A stretch of 59,270 nucleotides of DNA from a virus. Taxonomy: Duplodnaviria; Caudoviricetes. How positions within the stretch are numbered: position 1 is the stretch's first letter; every line of letters starts with the position of its first letter. Made by a program: the position numbers and the translations under genes. The notes beneath the pieces are model-generated. The model saw only the letters and a program-made list of their open reading frames with translations, was not told the DNA's origin and made no database searches. This document shows, in pieces, positions 52,150 through 59,270 of this stretch. The stretch spans positions 1 through 59,270 of the IMG/VR virus record IMGVR_UViG_3300005096_000097; one strand, given 5' to 3'.

Positions 52150-52611
52150 ATGCTTGAGACTAAAGGTTCAGTGAACATCACGACGGAATTCGTTAGCGAC
52201 GGGTACCGCTATTTTGTGGGTACAATCACGCAGTGTTTGGGGTGTCTGGATGTGCCAAAATACATCTCGGTTGAGAAACAGATAGGGTCCCGGGGTGCCA
52301 GTGCCGAAATCATATTTGTGGACGAATGCCCTAATGACACACCCTCGGACAAGTTGGTCGAACTCCAGATAGTGGCGAAGCGCCTTGATTACCCGTCACC
52401 TGTGTTGCCAATCGACGGTCGGTTCTTCGGGGATGGTGATATCCTACTTGTTGAGGCTCTGGAGACCGTTGCGCCAGGGATGAAATTCTGCCTGGAGGGT
52501 AAAAGTGGTGAGTATGTGTGCCAGAGCTGTACTCGGAGAACCATACATGGTGGTGACCCGGATGATGAGCTAGTGTTCCTGGTGGTTGCCACTGAGGTGG
52601 GGACAGCCTAG
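52150..52611 (+). CDS. two-domain hypothetical protein (paralogue of 53737-54204)
   Basis: 'ETK.SVNIT.EFV.DG.RYFVGTIT...GMKFCLEGK' shared. Confidence 0.75.
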   Translation: MLETKGSVNITTEFVSDGYRYFVGTITQCLGCLDVPKYISVEKQIGSRGASAEIIFVDECPNDTPSDKLVELQIVAKRLDYPSPVLPIDGRFFGDGDILLVEALETVAPGMKFCLEGKSGEYVCQSCTRRTIHGGDPDDELVFLVVATEVGTA

Positions 52612-52615
52612 TGAC

Positions 52616-52644
52616 TTGACTTCCTCGATTTGGTGTGGTACACT
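52616..52644 (+). promoter_or_regulatory. sigma70-like promoter
   Basis: TTGACT-N17-TACACT with extended -10 TG; similar sequences at about 51476 and 54209. Confidence 0.6.
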
Positions 52645-52689
52645 TCAGGTGTACAATTTATTCTGGAGACACACTGGGGGACTGGTCTG

Positions 52690-53700
52690 ATGGTGGAAGA
52701 AGAATCTTGGAGAGATGTGGTTGGGTTTGAGAAACTGTACCATGTCTCAGACTGGGGACGGGTAAGGTCACCCGATCGTCAGATTCGGGCGACGTGTGGT
52801 AGCCAACGATTTTGTGCTGGTCGGATACTTACCCCTCACAGGACGGGCAAGTCCCGGATAAATGTGGTCCGCCTGTCTCGGGAGGGGAAGCTGTACATCC
52901 TCGACACCGAGGACCTGGTGCTGGAAGCTTTCGTAGGGCCTCGCCCGCCGGCTTGTATTGCTCACCACATCTCGGACGACCCGTATGATGTGCGGTTTGC
53001 CAACCTCGAATGGATGGTTGACCCCAACTATGCAGCGATACGATTGGCTCAGTTAGAGAAGGAGAGCCGGAAAGCCAAACGTGAGGCAACCCGACGTGAA
53101 GCAGCCCAACGGGACGCTGTCCGACTATCCGCAGCCCGACAAATTGCAACACTGCTTGGAGCCACTTCGTTCTCTGAGTCTAGATACCGGGAAGCCTGGG
53201 GTTGGGGAGCCTGTCAGGTTTTTAATTGGGGTACCCTACTTGCTGAATTGGAATATGGGGAGGTCCGGGAGCCCAAGAAGGATGCAGCCACGAAGTTGGT
53301 GAAGCCCAAGAAGCCCATAGCCACAAAGTTGGTGAAACCCAAGCAGGTCAAGCAGGTCAAGCAGGTCAAGCAGGTCAAGCAGGTCAAGCAGGTCAAGCAG
53401 GTCAAGCAGGTCAAGCAGGTCGCGCCGACCCCAGAACTGATAGCCAAACGGAAACGAATGGCTGTTGAGTACACACGGGAGTGGCGTGCCAACAAGAAGA
53501 AGGCAGCCGAACTACTCGCATCCGAACACTGGAGTGCTAAACTGGACGCAAAGTACACAGTGATGCGGGATGACGGGATCGAGTTTGATAATTACGCGGA
53601 GGCTGGTCGGGTTGCAGGCGCGACGCCGGCGGAGATCAGTGATGCGTGTGAAACTGGAGAGCTTCTTCTAGGGCACCAGTGGGCTCAGATAAGTGTGTAG
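52690..53700 (+). CDS. NUMOD4-HNH endonuclease-like protein, degenerate, with (KQV)9 repeat
   Basis: 'WRDVVGFEKLYHVSDWGRVRS' NUMOD4; 'LVLEAFVGPRP...HH..D.....FANLEW'. Confidence 0.75.
   Translation: MVEEESWRDVVGFEKLYHVSDWGRVRSPDRQIRATCGSQRFCAGRILTPHRTGKSRINVVRLSREGKLYILDTEDLVLEAFVGPRPPACIAHHISDDPYDVRFANLEWMVDPNYAAIRLAQLEKESRKAKREATRREAAQRDAVRLSAARQIATLLGATSFSESRYREAWGWGACQVFNWGTLLAELEYGEVREPKKDAATKLVKPKKPIATKLVKPKQVKQVKQVKQVKQVKQVKQVKQVKQVAPTPELIAKRKRMAVEYTREWRANKKKAAELLASEHWSAKLDAKYTVMRDDGIEFDNYAEAGRVAGATPAEISDACETGELLLGHQWAQISV
53341..53421 (+). repeat. 9-bp tandem repeat (AAGCAGGTC)x9, in-frame
   Basis: Perfect copies read directly. Confidence 0.95.
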
Positions 53701-53736
53701 ATACAGGAAATCGAAGATAATTGTGGAGGATGCCTG

Positions 53737-54204
53737 ATGAGTGAGACTAAAGCTTCAGTGAACATCACGTCGGAGTTCGTCATCGACGGGTTTCGATATT
53801 TCGTAGGTACAATCACGCACTGCCGGCGGTGGTGTACTGGGGGTCCCAAATACATCCAGTTGAGCCCTCAGGAGGATCGTGCCCAAGTTCAGTTTATGGA
53901 AGACTTCCCTAAGGATGTGACCCTGGACCAGTTAGTCGAACTCCAGATAGTTGCGAGGACATTTGATTACCCGAACCCTGTGGTGGCGACCTACGACGAA
54001 TTGCTTGTTGACGACCACATATTGGTTATTGAGACCCTGGAGGGCATCACGATAGGGATGAAGTTCTGCCTGGAGGGTAAAATTGACGTGTACCTGTGTG
54101 AGAGCTGCCGGCGGATCACCAAACATGATGATCCTGCTAACAACAAGGACCAGAAAGAAGTGTACCTGGTGGTTGCCACCCGCGTACCGTTTGGGACAAG
54201 CTGA
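53737..54204 (+). CDS. two-domain hypothetical protein (paralogue of 52150-52611)
   Basis: GGAGG RBS; high similarity to 52150-52611. Confidence 0.75.
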   Translation: MSETKASVNITSEFVIDGFRYFVGTITHCRRWCTGGPKYIQLSPQEDRAQVQFMEDFPKDVTLDQLVELQIVARTFDYPNPVVATYDELLVDDHILVIETLEGITIGMKFCLEGKIDVYLCESCRRITKHDDPANNKDQKEVYLVVATRVPFGTS

Positions 54205-54269
54205 GATTTTGACTTCCCTGATTCGGTGGGGTACCACTGAGGGCTGTAAATTCGACGAAAGGTAGACGT

Positions 54270-54707
54270 ATGTCAACTGAAATCCTGAAGAATCCACTCT
54301 GTTCCAAATTGACTTCTGAGATAATTGGGAACTACAAATACATCACGGCCATATTTGAAATGGATCCAGCGAGATACCCGGAGGGTGTCGAGTGGATGGA
54401 AGTCAGCGGGTACACATTTGAGGTACTGCATCTTGACCCGTACCCCCAGGGTGCCACACGGAGCCCGACAGTTCCCATCCATGGAGTGGTTCGGCGATTC
54501 CTGAATGGTATCATTCCGACTATTTCGGGAACAATCCTCTGGGTTGAAGGTGAAATGGTGGTACTCAAGGTATCGTTGGCACCTGATGATATCCAACGCA
54601 TTAACGAGGCGGGTGGGTACCTTGAGGTTGAGAGTTCAACCTACCGGCTGCGCACCAAGACACGGACGGACACTGGATACATTATTGTTGCGACGGAGGA
54701 ACACTGA
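54270..54707 (+). CDS. paralogue of the 50518-52014 family
   Basis: 'IGNYKY...FEVLHLDPYPQG...LW.EG..V.L.V'. Confidence 0.7.
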   Translation: MSTEILKNPLCSKLTSEIIGNYKYITAIFEMDPARYPEGVEWMEVSGYTFEVLHLDPYPQGATRSPTVPIHGVVRRFLNGIIPTISGTILWVEGEMVVLKVSLAPDDIQRINEAGGYLEVESSTYRLRTKTRTDTGYIIVATEEH

Positions 54708-54946
54708 TGGAATGGCTCAACAGAGTGGATGGTATGTGGTGGGGGTTTGGTATGGCCCTGATGTTCTGGGGTATCAACTCCGCCAGGCATTCAGTAGCAT
54801 GTATCATCAATACACGGAAGGGTTTACGGACCGAGGCTGACTTCAGTCTGGACCGCGCGGAGATATCCCTTTGCTATCTGATCGTGGGTGTTTTGATATC
54901 TCTTATCGTGTTTCAGCTTGTTGGGGGTACATTATTGCGTGGTTGA
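54707..54946 (+). CDS. small 2-TM membrane protein
   Basis: Two hydrophobic helices; GGAGG RBS. Confidence 0.6.
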   Translation: MEWLNRVDGMWWGFGMALMFWGINSARHSVACIINTRKGLRTEADFSLDRAEISLCYLIVGVLISLIVFQLVGGTLLRG

Positions 54947-55655
54947 AATCTGGAAGGACATCAAGGGTCACGAGGGTGCCTATCAGGTCAGTGATATGGG
55001 CCGCGTTCGTTCGCTGGCGCGGAGGGTGACTCGTAGTAATGGTTACCCCTATACGGTCAGGGCAAAGGTACTGAAGCCCTGCCCATCTTCAAGTGGCTAC
55101 TTAGCCGTTTGCCTACACAATGAGGGTGAAGACACAACGCAACCGGTAGCCTCCCTCGTGCTTACGGCATTTGTAGGCCCTCAACCATATGCAAAACATG
55201 CGTGTCACAAGTCATTAGGGAGACTGAACAACAGCCTGGGCAATCTATACTGGGGCGCCAGGGTGTCGACCGCATTAGGCAAACGGATCCACCCCGGGAA
55301 AGTTTATCTCCGACCGGTAGTGCGGAGTGATGGGGTTGAGTATGCCAGTGTTAGGCTGGCCGCCCAAGCAATGAAAGGGTCTGAGTCTGCCATTGGCAAC
55401 TGCTGTGCAGGTACGAGTAAGACCTCATATGGGTTTGGTTGGGAATATGCGGACGTAAAGGTCCTGCCCAAGAGGGGTACCAAGGGTCTCCGACCAGTTA
55501 TCCGGAGTGATGGGGTTCAATTTGAGAGTGTGGCCAGTGCCGGGCGGGCAGTTGGAGTGACTCCCGGCTGTATTGGCAGGGCCTGTACGAAACCTGAGAA
55601 CACCTCTGGTGGCTTCGGATGGAAATACGTGGACGCGGACGACTCAGAGAATTGA
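54939..55655 (+). CDS. NUMOD4-HNH homing endonuclease with two NUMOD1-like DNA-binding repeats
   Basis: 'EIWKDIKGHEGAYQVSDMGRVRS', 'LVLTAFVGP...CH......NN.L.NL.W', 2x 'RSDGV...S...A'. Confidence 0.85.
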   Translation: MVEIWKDIKGHEGAYQVSDMGRVRSLARRVTRSNGYPYTVRAKVLKPCPSSSGYLAVCLHNEGEDTTQPVASLVLTAFVGPQPYAKHACHKSLGRLNNSLGNLYWGARVSTALGKRIHPGKVYLRPVVRSDGVEYASVRLAAQAMKGSESAIGNCCAGTSKTSYGFGWEYADVKVLPKRGTKGLRPVIRSDGVQFESVASAGRAVGVTPGCIGRACTKPENTSGGFGWKYVDADDSEN

Positions 55656-55879
55656 CACCACGCCGAGTCGTGGGCGTCCTCGGATTCCTCACCACGCTGA
55701 TGCACGGCTTCCCCGATAAACTGCTTCCTCGGAATCTACCACGCCGAGACCTCTGAATCTACCCCACCCCCTGTTGGAGGGGTACTCTCTTTCTGAAAAT
55801 CGCTACGTAATTTTCGGCATATGCGATCGTCGAACATGCGTTATTTGGTCAGAGGTCGGAATTTGATCCCACCCTCCCT

Positions 55880-56312
55880 AGGTTCGAGCCTTGGTTCGAG
55901 CCTTGGTTTGAGCCTTGGTTCGGTGTGGTTCGATGGTCCACTGATTCGGTGTGGTCCACTGATTCGGTGTGGTCCACTGATCCGGTGTGGTTCGAGCCAT
56001 AGCCGGCCTCGGATTTATCTCCGGATATCTTTGTCCGATTTAACTATTTAATCCCAGAAAATCCCAATTCCAAGTCACTAAAGGGCTAGGAGACGTTATA
56101 ACCCCCATACCCCGCTTCACCCTCACAATCAGACCCACCCGATTCATTGATACAACCAGCACAATACATACCACCCCTACCCCTCTCTACTACTAGTACC
56201 AACATACTGTACACATGGACACGTACTCAATCCACACCCTTCATTACAACCACACTCTCCACTACAACCACACTCTCCACTACAACCACACTCTCCACTA
56301 CAACCACGCCGA
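55880..56312. repeat. short tandem repeats: GGTTCGAGCCTT x3, GGTCCACTGATTCGGTGT x3, ACTACAACCACACTCTCC x3
   Basis: Read directly in the non-coding region. Confidence 0.85.
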
Positions 56313-56818
56313 CACATGATACCACACTACAGAACCCCAGCCAGGCCCCAATATAACTAACCTCAGACTCCCACCCTATAGGGCGCGCCCTACCCGCCAT
56401 TGTGACCACGGCGACACAACGGCACAATGATACCCCACTCCAGGGGACCCACGAACCCCCATGCCTAGCGATCGACCAGCGCCCACCCTATCCCACCTTT
56501 ACAACGTGGAATTTAATGAACAATGAGAGACCCCTCTCCAGGGGACCATACCACCCCTCGTCTCGTTGGTTCCTTGAATACTAGCCATTCAGGGTATGTC
56601 CCGCCCCTCCGAAGTGGTAGTTGACATATCCTCCCCCCTAGGCTCTAGGCCCCTGCCCCCATCCGATGGGTAGGAGTTATGCCGGCACCACCCGTCGAAT
56701 TATGAAGGAGGTAGATAGTATCACCACTCGGTGGGGTTCCGATTGTATCGTCTTCATTATGTTGGGGTGTGATACTTACCCCTATAGCGTACCCCTCCCT
56801 GGCAGGGGTGTCGGCGTG

Positions 56819-57345
56819 TCGGCGTGGTATGCCACCCCTATCAGGGGCATAGCCACCCCTATCAGGGGTCTCGGCGTGGTATACTACCTCAGAGGGGTAG
56901 GGCATAGCCACCCCTATCAGGGGGTAGGGCATAGCCACCCCTATCAGGGGGTAGGGCATAGCCACCCCTATCAGGGGTCTTGGCGTGGTATACTACCTCA
57001 GAGGGGTAGGGCATAGCCACCCCTATCAGGGGGTAGGGCATAGCCACCCCTATCAGGGGGTAGGGCATAGCCGCCCTATCAGGGGTCTCGGCGTGGTATA
57101 CTACCTCAGAGGGGTAGGGCATAGCCGCCCCTATCAGGGGGTAGGGCATAGCCGCCCCTATCAGGGGGTAGGGCATAGCCGCCCCTATCAGGGGTCTCGG
57201 CGTATCGGCGTGGTATACCCCCATCAGGGGGTAGGGCGGGCTCATGTCGCAATATGCCACCTATAGGGGGTGTATACCACGCCGATGCACCTATCAGGGT
57301 ACCCACCACGCCGATACCCCTATCAGGGGGTGTATACCACGCTGA
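56819..57345. repeat. hierarchical repeat: 27-bp unit GGGCATAGCC(A/G)CCCCTATCAGGGGGTA x3 nested in a ~109-bp unit x3
   Basis: 109-bp units start at about 56869, 56978 and 57086; the CCCCTATCAGGGG core recurs about 13 times. Confidence 0.9.
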
Positions 57346-57351
57346 TACGTT

Positions 57352-57470
57352 GTGCTGGTTGCGCTGGTTGCTCTGGTTCTATGAGTCGGCGTGGTTGCTC
57401 TGGTTGCGATGGTTGCGCTGGTTCTATGAGTCGGCGTGGTTGCTCTGGTTGCTCTGGTTGCTCTGGTTGT
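57352..57470. repeat. 9-bp (TGGTTGCTC-like) degenerate tandem repeat
   Basis: Read directly. Confidence 0.8.
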
Positions 57471-58110
57471 GAGGGGCACCCCCTATAGGTGGCATATATA
57501 CATACCCCCCTAGGAGTGGGGTAGATTGTGCTAGGCAATGTGGGGGGTATTAGGGGGGCTGATGCGGGATCCATGTGTCGGGGTGGTAACGGTAGTAGGG
57601 ATTCTAGCCTCAGAAAGTGGAAATTGTAGGCGCTAGCGCCGCACATGTACTATCGAAATGACCAAAAACGGACAATCGACCCGCGTCCTAAGTCGTTGAT
57701 ATCAAAGGACTTAGAGAAACGAAGACCGATAAAAGGGTTGATTATATATTATACTGGTTAGAGAGAGAGAGTCAGTTAAACAAATAGTAATAGTTATATA
57801 GGGTGTAAGGGGGTTTTTCTATTCTGCCCAAATAGGGGCGTATGTGAGCGTAACCCGTTGGTATATAAGACTTTACGTCAATTGACATCGACCCTTGTTG
57901 TCGTTCCACCCCCTCTAGAGGGTGGTTTTCCAAAAGAATCCCAATCCAGAAGGGGGGTATATGAGAAGCCTGCCATATTGGCAGTTTTATTCGACTGTAT
58001 AGGGGTTTTCGGCGGTTTTGGCGTTACAAAAGGTAAACCAAGCCGATTCAAGTACCCATAAATCGGATATGCCGAGAATCGGGGTGGTGATTGCCAGAAT
58101 AACCGGAATT

Positions 58111-58215
58111 GCCGCCGCATGGGGTTTGCCGCCGCATGGGGTTTGCCGCCGCATGGGGTTTGCCGCCGCATGGGGTTTGCCGCCGCATGGGGTTTTTTGC
58201 CGCCGCATGGGGTTT
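58111..58215. repeat. 17-bp tandem repeat (GCCGCCGCATGGGGTTT)x6
   Basis: Six copies, one with 3 extra T. Confidence 0.95.
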
Positions 58216-58222
58216 GGAGTTA

Positions 58223-59068
58223 CTATGATCCGGTGTGGCTCGCGAATCGGAAACCGTAGCCAGCAGTTTGTCGGGTTGCCCCTCGGCAAACAGACTCGAC
58301 AAAATGGGGCCGCCGCTTAATAGCCAAACCAGCATCAAACAAGGAGGAAAATCGTTTCCCGTCTGATCGGATAACCGGAATTGGCGGATCCTCTGGTTTC
58401 CCTACTTTTGGGGTCTTAATAAGTACCTCTAGTGGGGTCCAAGGTTCACCCCCGCATTTATTGGCATACTTAAAGCCGAAACCCTTTATATTCGCGCGTT
58501 TGCCCTTGCAAACGCTCGCTATGGTGGTTGCCCGTGAATCTACGGAATCGGCGGCCTTAGAGAGGCTAGGGAACAAAACGCCATCTGATCGGTATATCGG
58601 AAACGACGTACAGGGTATGGAACCAATGTCCCATGCCTCCCCATTGCAAGACTCGGCAAACTTGAAGCCGAAACCTCGTAAACTATGCTTTTTACCGGTA
58701 CAAATCCGATATACCTCATTTTCATAACCCCCTGTAAGCCGGGCAGCCTGTCTTACACTGGGGAACCGAACGCCATCCGATCGATAGACGGTGTGGCCCT
58801 CGCCAGTGTCGCCCGGTTTATTTAATGTGGGAATGTCCCAACGGAGGTTAACAAGCCGATTATCTGTATTCACGCCGTTGCAATGCTGGCAAGCGTAGTC
58901 AGTTGGGCAGGGCCCTCTGAATGTTTCGAGCACTAGGTGATCGATTCGGCACCCATCGACGAATAAGAATTGATTATCCCCAAAATAGGGGGCAAGCATA
59001 GCCACCCCAATGCGAACACGCCCGAGGTCAGATACTTGGCGGCCCTCTATGTCTTCCCATGTTTCCAT
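58223..59068 (-). CDS. HNH homing endonuclease with three NUMOD1-like repeats
   Basis: 'QVSDLGRVR', 'HLVLETFRGP......QHCNGVNTDNRLVNLRW', 3x 'RSDG..F.S...A'. Confidence 0.85.
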   Translation of the reverse strand: METWEDIEGRQVSDLGRVRIGVAMLAPYFGDNQFLFVDGCRIDHLVLETFRGPCPTDYACQHCNGVNTDNRLVNLRWDIPTLNKPGDTGEGHTVYRSDGVRFPSVRQAARLTGGYENEVYRICTGKKHSLRGFGFKFAESCNGEAWDIGSIPCTSFPIYRSDGVLFPSLSKAADSVDSRATTIASVCKGKRANIKGFGFKYANKCGGEPWTPLEVLIKTPKVGKPEDPPIPVIRSDGKRFSSLFDAGLAIKRRPHFVESVCRGATRQTAGYGFRFASHTGS

Positions 59069-59172
59069 AGTTTCTAGTCTAGTTGGGCGGCCCCCGGTCG
59101 TCAAGCATACCCGAATCGAGTACCCTAGAATCGGCATATTGGAGAATCGGCGGGTGGTTGCCAGAATAAATC

Positions 59173-59270
59173 GGACCGGCTCGACCTTCGGACCGGCTCG
59201 ACCTTCGGACCGGCTCGACCTTCGGACCGGCTCGACCTTCGGACCGGCTCAGAGGTTGGACCGGCTCAGA
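59173..59270. repeat. 17-bp tandem repeat (GGACCGGCTCGACCTTC)n, running off the window
   Basis: Four perfect copies plus variant copies. Confidence 0.9.

Noticed and set aside
33953-54707. Diversity-generating retroelement or shufflon as the source of the paralogue diversity
   Set aside because: No reverse transcriptase, no TR/VR pair differing at adenines, and no recombinase or inverted cassettes seen in the window
56819-57345. Possible CRISPR array
   Set aside because: Repeats are head-to-tail or separated by identical sequence; there are no unique spacers and no cas genes
55821-58338. Numerous short ORFs in the six-frame track (e.g. AMPYPLIG, QPEQPE and PHAAANP repeats)
   Set aside because: They are translations of DNA tandem repeats, open on both strands, with no RBS or family motifs
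58111-59270. 17-bp arrays as mini-CRISPRs
   Set aside because: Pure tandem repeats without spacers
1-59270. Alternative genetic code (stop-codon reassignment)
   Set aside because: Conserved genes (TerL, capsid, NAMPT, Prs) are full length under the standard code, and all three stops are used at coupled gene junctions

Overview
A 59 kb segment of a large tailed (Caudoviricetes) phage genome. The host is inferred, not shown, to be a Planctomycetota-like diderm, from a planctomycete-style TatA and exported papain, trypsin and thioredoxin proteins. Positions 1-14.8 kb (minus strand) hold a head/packaging operon: a probable TerS, an unusual block of exported proteins (holin-like, Tat-signal papain-family protease with a mini-intein on its catalytic Cys, thioredoxin-like), then a GpA-type TerL, portal, head-tail adaptor, scaffold and P22-like major capsid. 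Scaffold and capsid share an N-terminal LAxPVxALY leader. Positions 15-55.7 kb (plus strand) form a dense early/accessory region with sigma70-like promoters. It encodes a lipase, trypsin, SPFH protein, peptide deformylase, PRPP-synthetase and NAMPT homologues (NARP1-like), HAD nucleotidase, ParB-like protein, TatA, a stand-alone CysRS C-terminal-like domain and HNH endonucleases. It also carries very large tandem paralogue expansions: about 30 copies of a small beta-rich 'G-x-x-V-x-I-[DN]-G-x-x-Y' domain and about 20 small membrane proteins. Positions 55.7-58.2 kb are a repeat-rich non-coding convergence region (origin- or terminus-like), followed by a minus-strand HNH gene. No tRNA, rRNA or CRISPR array was recognised. 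All calls come from motif reading, with no database searches.
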